Positions 1 to 13,551 of a stretch of 64,000 bases of DNA are shown one piece after another. The notes beneath the pieces are model-generated. The model was not told the DNA's origin, ran no database searches, and saw nothing but the letters and a program-made list of their open reading frames with translations. The DNA is from Chrysomallon squamiferum (taxonomy: Eukaryota > Animalia > Mollusca), in the NCBI GenBank assembly GCA_012295275.1, contig CM022669.1, positions 12,710,001-12,774,000 of the forward strand. Reading direction: 5' to 3'. The translations under genes were made by a program, and so were the position numbers. Positions within the stretch are counted from its first letter, which is position 1, and each line of letters starts with the position of its first letter.

Positions 1-240
1 AATTTATAAAAAATAATAATAATAAAAAAATTCATGCTAACCATCCATGTTAAAAAATGTCAAACATCTATGTATGCTTTGTGAAACTTTTAAAAAAATG
101 ATTTGTTAAGAATGAGTTATAACTTTTCTCCCATAAAAGCCAAACTCCAGAGATATAGATAATCACCATCAAGCAAATCGTTTTTTTGAAACATTAACTA
201 GGAAAGGAACTCTTTCAGTTTGTTGTTTACTGTTTTTCAG

Positions 241-379
241 TGTAAAAGCCATAGAGACTGGTGGAAAGGAAGATGACACGAAATGGCTGACTTATTGGGT
301 GTTCTACAGCGTGTTCACACTTCTAGAACTCTTCATCGACTTTCTGCTTTTCTGGATTCCTTTCTACTGGCTCTTTAAG
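241..379 (+). CDS. REEP5: REEP5/6 (TB2/DP1/HVA22 family ER-shaping protein), internal coding exon; upstream exons lie outside the window
   Basis: Acceptor ttttcag ends at 240 and donor aag|gtattt starts at 380. Translation from 242 is [46 protein letters not shown], matching the REEP5/6 hallmark KAIE..KEDDTQWLTYWVVY...WFPFY..LK. Not in the ORF track because it has no start codon. Confidence 0.95.
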
Positions 380-550
380 GTATTTCTCTGGCATATTTTG
401 AAATCTGTAGGTAGAGAGATCAAATCTATTTCCATTTAAAATGGCCAGAAACTTCTCTCTGTTAAAAAGCATAATGAGTTGCAGTTAGGTCTGTATGCCA
501 ACATAACCAGTTCTGAGCTTCTATCTAGTATATATATATATATACACATC

Positions 551-690
551 AAAGTCAGTGGTTTGTGCTATGCTGTCTGTGAGGTAGAGTATATTTCAAA
601 TCACTTGTTGCTAATGAAGAAAGAGAAATAGTCCATCATATGTTTGCAGTGCAATTCCTCTTTTCCTGTTCTGATGGCCCTTAATGATAA
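551..690 (+). mobile_element. Decayed SINE fragment with a Meta-domain-like core (MetaSINE type) inside a REEP5 intron
   Basis: aaagtcagtggtttgtgctatgctgtctgtgaggtagagtatatttcaaatcacttgttgctaatgaagaaagagaaatagtccat aligns colinearly with the molluscan SINE core as I recall it (AAAGGCCGTGGTATGTGCTATCCTGTCTGTGGGATGGTGCATATAAAAGATCCCTTGCTGCTAATCGAAAAGAGTAGCCCAT). Not database-verified. Confidence 0.6.
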
Positions 691-953
691 GTCTTTGTCC
701 ACTGAATTATTGATAAAGTTGCAAAACAGAAATTCAGGAAATTCAAATACTTTGGAGTCATAATTTGGAAATTTTATGAAATAAAAAAAAGAAAATAAAT
801 AAATAAATAAAGACAATAAACACTGAAGAGGTTATTCTAGTTTATGTAATATTTTCCATTATCATACAACTTAATCCCTGATTTTTACAATGTCATCAGT
901 AAATATTAAAATATTTTAAATTGATAAGTAACAATTTTGTTTCTTTTTATCCA

Positions 954-992
<39 letters not shown>

Positions 993-1064
993 CAGCATGT
1001 ATTATTAATATTTTTAGTTAAAAAATTGTTCAGGTACACTAATTCAGTTTGTTTTGTTCTACAG

Positions 1065-1209
1065 TGCATCTTTCTGCTGTGGTGTGTTGCACCAGTCAAG
1101 TACAATGGATCAAGAGTTATGTACACTTGTTTTATCAGACCTTTTGTTCTCAAACAAGAGGAACAAATGGATAAAGTTCTTCGTGACGGAATGGCCACAA
1201 TAAACGAAG
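1065..1209 (+). CDS. REEP5: REEP5/6 penultimate coding exon
   Basis: Acceptor ttgttctacag ends at 1064 and donor gaag|gtaaac starts at 1210. Phase-0 join to the previous exon. Encodes CIFLLWCVAPVKYNGSRVMYTCFIRPFVLKQEEQMDKVLRDGMATINE, matching REEP5 C.FLLWCMAP...NG...Y...IRPF.LKHE.QMD.V. Confidence 0.95.
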
Positions 1210-1745
1210 GTAAACTCAGAATAAATAAATAAATAAATAAAAAAATAAAAATTTTGAAATATATATATATGTTTATATCTGTATTACATGTAAAGATGAT
1301 ATTTTAATTTAAATACTAAGATAAACAAACCCACCAAACAACAGTAATAACAGTAGTTATCATGATGATAATAAAAAATATTAGTAGTATTAAATATAGT
1401 GAAAGTGACAGCAACAGCAATGGTAATAATAATAATGGTGATGGTTGTAGTAGTTGTAGTACCTTTAATGTAAATACTGCTACAACTATAACTACTGTTG
1501 CCACTACTACTACTACTACTACATCTGATACAATTACTATTATGACTGTTACTACTATTGCTCCTACTACAGTAACTACTATAACTACTACTGCTATTAC
1601 TTTTACAATGGCTACTACTATTATACACACTGCTACAAATGTAGAAAGTATCTCCTTATTATAAATAAATAAATAAATAAAACAAAATAAAATAGAATTT
1701 AATTAACATACAAACAGTCTGATTTATATTTGTCTTTCTCTACAG

Positions 1746-1813
1746 TTCAAAATGTAGCTGGAACTGCTTTGAGAAATGAAGCTTACAGACGAATGATGAA
1801 CATGGTCAACTGA
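1746..1813 (+). CDS. REEP5: REEP5/6 terminal coding exon, stop TGA at 1811-1813
   Basis: Acceptor tgtctttctctacag ends at 1745. The phase-1 join gives (V)QNVAGTALRNEAYRRMMNMVN*. Frame is consistent with the upstream exon and the length fits the short helical C-terminal tail of REEP5/6. Confidence 0.85.
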
Positions 1814-2100
1814 TTTAACTGTCTACAGAATGAACTACGATGATATCTTCTCAACACTTGAACTAATATGAATATACTTCCAATAAAATACTGAACACGT
1901 TATCAGCAGTAATAATGAAATTCTCAGTCGAAATTCTCTTTCAAGGGAGGTAAATCATTCAAATGAGAGTTTTTTTTGTAAAACTGTTCTTTACAGCAGT
2001 TGTCTCCCGTGAATAACATTTAAGCTGTGTACTCCGTGAATTGTCAGTGGCTTAGTTTGTGTTCAAATAAATCTCATACAAATAACTGAATAGAAAGACT
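1814..2100 (+). other. Probable REEP5/6 3' UTR with candidate polyadenylation signals AATAAA at 1882-1887 and 2066-2071
   Basis: Unique sequence immediately after the stop codon with two canonical hexamers. The real cleavage site cannot be determined from DNA. Confidence 0.6.
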
Positions 2101-2243
2101 ACTGTCACAATTTAATGTTTTATTAATATTCTCACATAGTAATGCAAAATATCTAACCATTCTTAAAAAGATATGAATGAGCTTTTTATTGCCTGCGTAT
2201 GCGTTGTTTGTAGATAACAGGCCATATTCATACCAGTGTCAAG

Positions 2244-2390
<147 letters not shown>

Positions 2391-3822
2391 GTATGTGTAA
2401 ACATTTATGTGAATTTAATCTTTACGTTAAGGATCAGAAATAAAGTGTTCTTTTTTCCTTCGAATGTTTTCTAATTGTTTTTTTTTTCTAATAAATTAAT
2501 TCATTAAAATACATACATACATACACATATACATATGTTTATCCATTTTGAGCAATCATTTAATAAGTTTATAAGCTTGTTTGGAACCATCCTTCATCAA
2601 AAAATATATTTGTCATAAACAACCCATCCGCTAAACCATTCTGAACATGAGAGACGCCAAACCAATCGGCTTCTGTTCACTCAGAAAATAATAAATATGC
2701 TTTGCTTATAAAATTAAAAGACAGAATGAAGCATCGTTAATGTAGACATTGCATTTAAATAGCTCCATAATCTGTCACTGTAATTCAGCCGTCACTTTTC
2801 TGTTTCATTTCTATTATATATAGCAAAACGTCTTTATCTATTTGTTTTTTATTCCTAATCGATCAAAGACAAAATCGTCGAGCTGCAACTATTACGTATC
2901 ACACAAGAAAAAAAAGTCTGTAATTGAATTGTCGCGGAGAGTCCGTTTGAAGTTAATAAAATTGTTCTGTTCTCGGCGTAGAAATTTTGTCCTGCACGTT
3001 ATTTTTATCTGTTCTTGATTACGATATAGCCAACATTCGACTAAATTCATTACAATAAAAACAAAAGGCAAAATAGTTGGGTTTTTTTTTAACAAGTAAA
3101 TTCAGAAATAGTATTTTTTTTATCCTATCACAAAAACGTCAAGTTCGCTGACATTCAATTTGTACACAACTAAATATTCTGATTACATTTGTAAGGGACA
3201 ATTATTTGTTCGTGTCAGTGTGATTCGGCTTCTTCCGTTAGCAAAAGCAAAGATTACCGGCTACCAGCGAAAACTTGTTTCTCTGGAAAAAAATAAAAAA
3301 AAAAAAAAAAAAAATGTATGTAATACGTTCAAGCACAAACACTAAAGTATTTTAAATTAGTTGAGGCAGAATTGTTTGTGTATTAACCAGTCTTGTCTGG
3401 CCTGGTCCAGATTTGATTCAAACGCGAAGAGTCAGCATTCGCTTCTTTTAACGGATTAAACGACACAATGTAAAATGAAAATCGGATTTGTTACAAGATC
3501 TTTGTTTGTTTTTTTAATTACAGGAAGGACGTGTAGGGAATGCAGCAGACATGTAAATAAGGCTTTTAATGTTGAATAAACAAACAGAGATTTTTCATCG
3601 TAGTAATAGTAGTAGCAGATCTAACAGTAGAAGTATTAGTAGTAACAGTAGCAGCAACAGCAGCAGTAGTGGGGTTAGTACAAAATGAGCTTCCCTTACT
3701 CAACCTGATTTGAACTGACGTTTCATGGATTTGTCAGTGCTTGCAAGTTTTGAATAAAATGAAATTTCCTGACAATAGAATCCTAGTCTAAGTGTAAATT
3801 TCATGTAGATATCACAATAAAC

Positions 3823-3858
<36 letters not shown>

Positions 3859-4740
3859 TAATAATAATAATAATAACAGTGTAGCATCAGTATCTGTCGA
3901 AACATCATCGACGGTGATATTTTCTTAGTAGTTCTACCATTTGTACTAGTAGTGGCGTTAGTAGTAAAAGTAACAGTTGTAGTAATTGTATAACTTGTAG
4001 CAGCAGCAGTAGTAGTAGTACTAGTATTAGTAGTAATAAAAGTAAACTGGTAGTATTAATAGTAGTTGTAGTAACAGTAGAACAATAATAATGCTTAAAA
4101 TAATAGAAATCGTAGAGACAAGAGTAGGTATGGTAGATACAAATAGCAACAGAGACAGAAACATTACACTAATAACACTGGCAATAAAAATAAAAAAATA
4201 AAGAATTCGGGTAATAAACAAGAGAAGGAAAATAATAAAATGGATACTGCAGTAGGATTGAGTCGAAAATGAACAGGCATTTTTTTTTTCTTTTCTTTTC
4301 ATTTTCACTTTTATCGCCACACAAATCCATATAAAGCCTTCGAAAATGACGACTGCAAAAATGTGGAAATCATATTAAGCGTAAACTGGCAACATACATC
4401 TAACCTTAAATGGCAGAATGATACCGTAATTTGTAGTCGGTTAAGGAACGTTTCTAAGAAATAGTCGCTAATTACGTTAGACTTTTCCCGAGAGACGTAA
4501 CTCGGACCACGTTGTCTATCAAAGGCGTATTTTGTGTTTCTGTAATCCTGTTGAAGGCTTTAACTCTTTGTGGTAACATGATTTTGCTATCCGCCCTTGT
4601 CGAAGTAAATCAGTTAAATTACCATGCTCTTGTTTTTGGCTGGATCATTTTAAGAGCTCGAATACGGCCGTTTTTGACATTAAGTGCCTTGTCGGACTGT
4701 GTCGTCTTACGAAATTAGTTATCGTCGATTGGAAAAAAAA

Positions 4741-4781
<41 letters not shown>

Positions 4782-4799
4782 TATTTTATATTCTTGAAA

Positions 4800-4833
<34 letters not shown>

Positions 4834-5226
4834 TTTTTGGTTTTTGTTTTGTTCGTGAAATATTGAAGAAAAATAAAGACCAATATTTCAAACTCAAGTT
4901 ATTTTTTATTTACTTTCCAACTGGATTTACCGTAGAGAATTCGCCACCAAAAAAAGAAAAATATGCTAGATACTAATTTTTTTTTAATTCCGAATAAAAA
5001 TTTCGAAACAGTCATTACTGCTGCAGATGGCAGACGAAATAAAAGATTATTTAAAAAAATTATTTCTATATTCGAATTCATCAAATAAAAATTAAAATGA
5101 GAAGCAATGCAGAGTTTAATCAGTAACACGATTACAGTTCCTGCAGCATAGGTGTTCCCGAAAACCTCTCTAGAGAACACAAACATAGATAAATAAACAG
5201 ACATACATCCACAAATCTATACACAT

Positions 5227-5330
<104 letters not shown>

Positions 5331-7428
5331 TATACAGGCAATCGGAAAAAAGAAAATAAAATTGCAGGAGAGACAAATTACATATACCTAATTACCATAC
5401 ACATTAAAAACACCAATTGTAAATGTATTTTTTTGTTTGTTTTTTGTTTTGTTTATTAATTTAACACGCCCAAATTAATATCAGCAAAAAATATCTTTTC
5501 CCTGTCATTTCGGAATAGTGTAATATATATTAATGTGAAATCCGTCTGGAAATGTTTCAAAGTCTAATCAAGTTCTATGCTCAAGATGGCGCTTTATGAT
5601 CATTAGATGTTTAGTTACAGACAATGTTGTCTGCATTTTATCTTCCATCAGTCTAACTGTCAGACAATGTGTATGTATCTGCAACAATTATTATATGCTT
5701 TCAATATTTACCAGCTTTAAGACAAATTATTTTTTCATCACAACATTAACAAAATAATACCACGCAGTTTCAATACCAGATGTCAAACCGGTAAGATATG
5801 CACTGCACTGTTATTTTTAAATGACTAATATCGGTGATGAATTCTGCCACCAATCTACCTCATCCCTTACTCTCTCTCAGTCTGACAACAAGTAATTAAT
5901 TCATTAATTGAGCGTGTCATATTCCCGTAAAGGTTTCTTATTTGTTCTTCCAGTTTGCTTTTAATCTTCTGTCTGCAAGGAGTAATTACAGTCGCGTGTC
6001 CTTGCTTGAAAGAAAACGTAGAAAATCACTTGGAAATTGTCTGCGTTACTCATTTCCAAAGACTCCTCGACGTTCGTCGACTCAAAAGACGCTCTGATTG
6101 CCACCGCGAGATCTAACAGTGACATCGAAGCCCTCGGCTATTTAGCTTCAGCTGTGTAAACTGATCGAACAGAATAAGCAGAAGTCTGATGAATTCTGAA
6201 TGGTTTAAGCTAAAACCGAATATTAAACAAAGATGCGAACCAAGGTAGGAATCAATCGTCATCGCGACAGTAACCAGCTCTGTCACCCGCGGGGCTTGCG
6301 TAGGTTTGGACAGACACAAAGCGAAGACAATGGCCATTGAAAGCAAACCGGAGAGGTAGCCCAAGGGAGATAACCACGCTTGGACAGGTCACTTCAAAAC
6401 GAAGGCGGCCGAAGGGTTGAGAAAGTCGCTAATGTAAATGCGAACAACACCTAATGTGATTTTTCTCTCCGCATCTGTCGGTCTTAAACAAACAAAACAA
6501 AAAACATCGTCCGAAGATTTAAGTAAATTTTCAAAGTTAATTATGTTAACCTGTTTTGAACGATTTTCTTCTGTTAATGAATAAATGGCTTTTCTCAAAG
6601 ACAAAAGCTCTGAATATCGATATTATTCTTATATCTAAACAGTATAATTATGATAATAATAAAACAAAAAAACGAACGATCAAAGAAAAATTAGTTAACC
6701 GTTACTCAGTCCATTCGAATAATGTTTTGTTCATTCGTCCCTTAACAGTTTACACTGTCATGAAGCATGCTGATTTATCGTAGTAGTAGACTGTTAACGG
6801 CTCCAAGCAAGCGCTCTTTAAAATACATATTTCCATAAATGGACAGAATATCAAAAAATTGTTGATAAATGAATCCTTGAATTTTTGAAGAAGAAATAAG
6901 TGTTGAAATAAAAAAGAAATAAAATGTAATCTCGTTCCAAATTTTCATCTGCAGTCTGAGATGAAGATCTTTTTTTCAGAATGTCTGAATTATTATCATC
7001 ATCATCATCACCATTATTATTATTTTGAGTAGTAGTAGTAGTAGTAGTAGTAATATTTTCATTCTATTACTGCTGTTATTATTATTGCTATTGTTATTAT
7101 TGTTGTTTTCATTATTGCTGTTGTTGTTGTTGTTGCAAACTTACTTTTATATACTGCATTTTCATTCTAACAACGACGACAACAGCTGAAAAACCAATAA
7201 CATTACATAAAAATCGTGCGGTCTGTTAAAACGTATAAGGTGGAAAATAAACGCTAATTGTCTGTCACTCCCATCTTGGTTTGAACTGTGATTAAAATAA
7301 CCTCTAGTCTTCAGTTACTACGACGATTTAAAAAAACTATGCCATCCATGTCCATAATTAACATTTATAGTAATATTTCCATCAGCCAGAAATGCACTGA
7401 TTGCTGTGATATAATTATCTGGGACGAA

Positions 7429-7459
<31 letters not shown>

Positions 7460-8147
7460 GAATATTACCATCCACTAGTCAAGTTAAAAGTAGTTCGCTA
7501 ATTTATAAGCCATTGTAAAAAAGGAAGAAAACTGGAAAATAAAATTCTTAGGAATAGCTGAAATTCAGATCAGAGTTTAACTCTTTTTGGAGCTGAATAT
7601 TTAAGATTATATTTTTAAATATCTTAAGTGACAAAATTGTCATCGAGATCGTCTACGGCGGATGCAAGACAGCAAACAACTGTGGCAATTATTAACAGGA
7701 ATTCTGCTTCAGCTCAATTAATTAAGTCCTTGTGAATACTCCAGGGCAAAGCTGGGTAGGTTAGTAAAACCAGTGAAACTAATTATATTAAACAGCAATT
7801 TACTTTATAACACAGCTGAGGAGATTGAAAATAAGTTTACTGTACAAATCCACGTAAATTAACTGCGCCTTTCATGTGCGTGCACACACAGAGACACAAA
7901 CAGACATACAGACGCACGTACACACACTCACACACGCAGAGAAACTAAGGTATATGCACACACGCATGCATACACACTTACACACATATACAAACAAAGA
8001 CAAAGATATAAATTATGCCCACCTATTAATAGACGCACACAAAGGTGCACAGACATGAACATAATACATTTATTCATTACCTTTGCCGGGTTTTTAGTTA
8101 GTATTGTTATTATTATTTTTTGTTTACCTCTATAAAACGTTTTGTTC

Positions 8148-8452
8148 GAGTAATGAACATGTTAGCTTTTTTTCTAACTAATATATGTTTTACATTTCTT
8201 TCTGAAAAATGTATGTTACATTTTTTCTGAGTAATGTATGTGTTACATTTTTTTCTGATAATGTGTGTTACATTTTTTCTGAGTAATATGTTACATTTTT
8301 TTTCTGAACAATGTTTGTACTACATTTTTTTCTGAATAATCTATGTGTTACTTTTTTTTTTTAGTAATGATCTGTTACGTTTTTCCCCTGAACAATGTAC
8401 TGTTACTGTTTCTTTATTAACAAATGCTGTCACATTTCGTTTGTTAGTAATG
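8148..8452. repeat. Degenerate minisatellite, ~24-29 bp unit (approx. GTTACATTTTTTCTGAGTAATGTATGT), ~11 copies
   Basis: Recurrent gttacattttttctga..aatg motif at regular spacing, decaying toward both ends. Confidence 0.85.
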
Positions 8453-8567
8453 TTTTCTTTTTTATTGTTTTCTATTCAGTGAGATGCCGTTATATTTAAG
8501 TACATTCTCAGTTTTATTGCTTAATTATAAAATTATACAGATACAATTTGTTTCCAAGAAACATACT

Positions 8568-8897
8568 GTAACTGTTTTATATCTTTGTAACGTAGAATGA
8601 CTGTTTATATCTTTGTAACGTAGACTAACTGGTTATATCTTTGTAATGTAGAGTAACTGTTTACATCTTTGTAAATTTGGTTACATCTTTGTAACGTAGA
8701 GTAACTCTACATCTTTGTAAAGTCGAGTAAGTGGTTATATATTTGCATTGTAGAGTAACTGTTTATGTCTTTGTAACGTACAGCAACTGAGTATGTCTTT
8801 GTAACGTAAAGTAACTGTTTATTACGTCTTTTGTAACGTAGAGTAACTGTTTATATCTTTGTAACGTAGAGTAACTGTTTATATCTTTGTAACGTAG
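8568..8897. repeat. Minisatellite, 28 bp unit GTAACTGTTTATATCTTTGTAACGTAGA, ~12 copies
   Basis: Near-perfect copies start at 8843 and 8871 (period 28). Other copies carry substitutions and short indels. No unique spacers. Confidence 0.93.
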
Positions 8898-9779
8898 TTA
8901 TATAAGATACTGTCACCGAACATCTTACGTATATTCTTCTCATTTATGAAATAAATACACCCACGAAATAAAGAACATGTTATATATTTAAATGCATTCG
9001 ATAAGATTAAAGTACAGATCGTTAAGCGTCGTCAAGGGGGACATTTGACTGGCAAGTTTACTGATTTCACAGACTCTGTGAGAATAAGTTTTATTTTTGT
9101 ATTGTCCTTCATACCTATCCTAGACTGTAATTCGTTTATTATAGCAAAGTGTTTATAATGACACTCATACAATTCTCGACTGACTCGTTACAATTTATGT
9201 GCATTTTATAAATTACTATTCTGTATTCCATTTCGTGTTTGAACTATGTTCATTCTGTAAAAGATGTCTTTTTATTATCTTTTTTTACTATAATATTTTT
9301 TACTATAATACTTTTTACTAGCATTTTTAGCCAGTCACCCAGTACTGAAATGCTTTTCGTTTTCGTTCATAGCTATTCAACATTAATGAAGTTTATAATG
9401 CACACACTCATTACCCGTTCCAGAGAGTGCGCCATAAATTTTTAAATGAGAGTTTGTTGTACGTACTTTTTTAATCCGTGTATAAATGCTCAACCCACCC
9501 TAGCAATAATAAAAAACAAAAAAAACAACAACAAACAAACTTGTTTGCAGTTTTTTTCTCAAGTCATTATTGTTATGCGAAAGCCATAATTATGTTTGAC
9601 ACTTAATAACCGCTAATATAGTGTTTAAAAGATATTCCTTCCTTCATTCTTTAATAAAAAAATTCTCATGGAACTAAGGACTACAGTGATGAATTTTTCG
9701 GACTGATATTTTACTGCCAAAATGAACCATTATGTTCTAGTATTCTTTAAAAAATAATATAAAATAATAATAATTACAA

Positions 9780-9837
<58 letters not shown>

Positions 9838-12800
9838 TAATAATAAAAAAATAATAATAATAAAAAAAATAAAATAAAATAAATAATGGGTTAATAACGA
9901 TTTAAAAAAATCTTTAATTCTCATGCATTTTATAAGTTCTCAGTTTACAAACTGATATTATGCACATCGCAGATTCGCATATATAAATGAAGAGTCGCAG
10001 AGAAATACAAGAACAAATATTAAAACGGTCTTATGTGGTTCTGCTGGGTATGAAAGTAGTTACGTCTTGAAGCAATTCAAGCAAGATAAAGTATATTTTT
10101 GTTGCACTCTTGGGACCCTTATCAGACTCTGTTGAATATTTTAATGGACCTTTATTTGTCTTCGTATCTCCACTTGGCACGCGATGTCATAATTTGATTA
10201 AATTCCGTTGATCTAGGATTTAGAAAGAAATAGAGAGACAAAATTAAATAGAAAGACGCATGCACAAGCATTTCTACACGCCCCTACAAACTCATACACG
10301 CACACATATGCTTTTAAAAATAATTGTGTGTGTATGTATATATGTATGTATGAATATATGTACATGTTACATAAATGTGCGGATGTATGTGTGTGTTTCT
10401 GTGTATATTTATGAATTTATACATACACAATTAGGTGTATGTATATCTTATAAAAAAAAAAAAAAAAAAAAAAATACCAGAAGTAGCTTTAATAGGAGAG
10501 AAATTATATACAAACAAACAAACAAACAAACAACAACAAAAAATAGAAGAACAAAAATTCTGTTTCTAGGTTGTGGCATTCGGCTGAAACTTAGACATTT
10601 TTGACAGAAAACATCAAAGATGGAGATGTATACAAGTTTAATTTCAAATAGCTGAGTTCCTGTTGTATTATTGTTAATCCAAAGGGCAATTTACGAGTCT
10701 TAACCATTTGATCTTACTGTTAACAGAGCGACAAAGTAACATATTTCGGGCAAAATTGACATAATTCGTGTTCTCCATCCTCCGACAATAATGGACGGCA
10801 GCAGAGCTTTTTTCGACTTATTTCAGTCTATTTGTTAAAGTCAAAGAGCAAAACGAAGGAAGGAAGATATCGTGACAATTTCTGAAAGAAATCCAATTTG
10901 GTTTGTCGAAAACAACCCGTGTTTTGTCGCGGATCAATAACAATTTCTATATCAGCAAGACTTTTGAGTCAAATTTTATGTCCTAGGGTCATAAGTCATG
11001 CTGATTACAAAAGCTGATTTTACACGATGACGCCATAATGTGATGATTTCGACCACGCGAGATCTTTCAAAGAAATAAAGGAGTGGAGGAAAGCGCTTAG
11101 ATTTATGGCGTTTAACAGCGAGAAAGCTTCGATTGCTTTACGTTGTGCTTTGAGTGGCTCAAAAACCGACACCCTACCTCTTTTGGCACGCAAAGCCCAT
11201 TCGGTTAAATGGGCATGTTTCTGAGGAAATTTACTCGTTCGTCTACAACGGAAGCGACTTTGTTTTCTGACGAGGAATCTGTCATGCTTTGATTTCTCGC
11301 TGCACGATTAACAGGTGGGTGGAAACGAGCCATGACGGTAAAAGGATATCGCTGACAGATGCTATTACGAAGATTAACTCTGGCTGCGATGAATATTTTT
11401 TTTTATTTATTTTTTTTTTTTTTTTTTTTATAACCGATACATGACAGTCAAACAAACTTGATACTAAGTGAGGTTTTCTGACACTGAGGGCTTCAAGTTG
11501 CAATTTAGATCTCGACTTCGTTTGTGATTCCAGAACGAACACTCCAGCCCGGAAGATTCGCAAAACCGCTTGGTCGTTTTCTTTTTGAAAAATTTAAGAA
11601 TGTTTATTCACTATTTACGCTGAAAGCCAGTCTTCCAGCGAGTTTTATTTCCTTCCTTATCACTCAGTCGTGACTAAGATATTTACATGTATTGATGGTT
11701 CGGATGTTTATTGGGATATAAAAAAAAAATGAAACTGGTATAAATAAAGGTATCTTTTAAAGGATTTGTGATATAAGGAGATATATAAACGTGATGTAAC
11801 ATAAATACACAAAAGATATTTAGTGTCTGCATTCACCAAAACATGAATAAAAAATAAAATAAAAATAAAAATACAAAACAAAAAGACGTAACCTTTATTA
11901 GAATAAGTAAGAAAAAGGAAAAAAATAAAAATAAAAAAATAAAAAATAAAAAAATAAAAATATATATATATATATATTCTTTTATTGCATTACAGTTTTA
12001 AATTAATTTATTTTCATTGTTTAACGAAGTAAAAAATGGTACGTATAAATGAGCTGTTAGTATAGTATATTTCATTTTAAGGATTATATAAAACAGAAGA
12101 TATTTAAGTTTATATTAACAAGCATATATAACAAACACATTATAATATTATGGATAATCAAAGAAAACAAATTACGAATCAAATTTTATGATAATCGTAA
12201 TATTCTGTGGCTGATATCATATTTTTCTAATGTCACTAAAATTAGTAAACTAAACTAAACAAAAAACCCCAAACTATTAAAACTGCAAGGCAAAGCTAAA
12301 TGCTAGAGTAACCGTTCTTTTCTACATAACTCTTCAGCCACATAGCTTCGCGCGTTTAAACTGCCATTGTAAATATTAGTCGTCTGCTTGCAAACTCTTT
12401 GCGTTTCGCTTCGGGTTAGACACTGCCCGAAAACGTTACGGACTGTGCTCAAGAATGCGCTGAATCCTAACTTGAAAAACATTTGGCGACATCCAAGTAG
12501 TCTCTAAGGTTCTCGAGAGTTCCAGGAAAAGACGTATGCCCTTCGGACTGTTGAAACAACCGTCAGATATGATATTTACGTAGTTGATCCGCTCAGGGCT
12601 GGTGAAGAACGCTCCTGATAGCACGATTACTCTCACACGAGCCCTGAAATCTCTCTCCGGGCGAAGCACGAATTACTGCCGTGTTGTCGGGTTGAGGAGA
12701 GGGTTCAATTCCTTCGATAATTATCTGTGTCCTCGGGGAAGTGTCAAACATCGCAGAGCAGACGATTGGGGAATCATTTATAATAACACTGGGAAAATTC

Positions 12801-13512
12801 GTCCAGTGTCAAGACTAATAATAATAATTTGAAAGAAAATGAACCAAAAAAAAAAAAAAAAAAAAAAACCTCCCAAAACAACAAACAAATTTTTTTAAAA
12901 TAAAACAACAAAATTCATCCAAACACCTGTCTTGTTATTAAACTGCGAAATATTATTCATTTTAATAGTTATATTTAAATTTAAATTATATTACATACTT
13001 CAAAAATAGATTTCTTCTCACTATTTTTGTTCTTGTTATTTTCTTCTTCCCGTACGTTAAGGTTTCAAAATATTGATTTAGAATATCTATCTAGTATCTA
13101 TCTCTGTTTCTGTCCTTTTCTCCTTTTGTCTGCCCATCTACCGATTTACCTTCTCTCTGACACACACATACAGACACCCACAGACATAGTCAGAGAGTTG
13201 TATAGCTTCGAACACAGACATTTGAAAAACAAAAGGAAATTGTGTTAAGACATAAGTAGTGTTATCACTGACTAATGAAGCTGTTTTTAAGGAAAAACAA
13301 AATGAAAAACCAATTGGAAAAATAAAAGAACTTTTGATATGTTCTCAATAACTTTAGCAATTTCACTGTACGTGACTAAAATAAGTAAGTAAGTATCTAA
13401 GAAAGAAAGTTAGACATTTATTGTTTGCCGAGAGAAAAAAAAAATTAATAAACAAACAAACAAGCGAATGAATGAATGAAAGAAAGAATAAATAAATTTA
13501 TGAATAGATTTA

Positions 13513-13551
<39 letters not shown>

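Noticed and set aside
921-1232. ORF-track 103 aa protein as a stand-alone gene
   Set aside because: It is the REEP5 exon 1065-1209 plus read-through into flanking intron sequence (poly-F from the poly-T tract).
8568-8897. CRISPR-like array (28 bp, partly palindromic repeats)
   Set aside because: Units are head-to-tail with no unique spacers, no cas genes, and the context is eukaryotic.
12436-12832. Overlapping ORFs in a GC-rich island as coding exons
   Set aside because: No recognisable homology or convincing splice framing; the same applies to ORFs at 6113, 29673, 52861-53341, 60429 and 61911.
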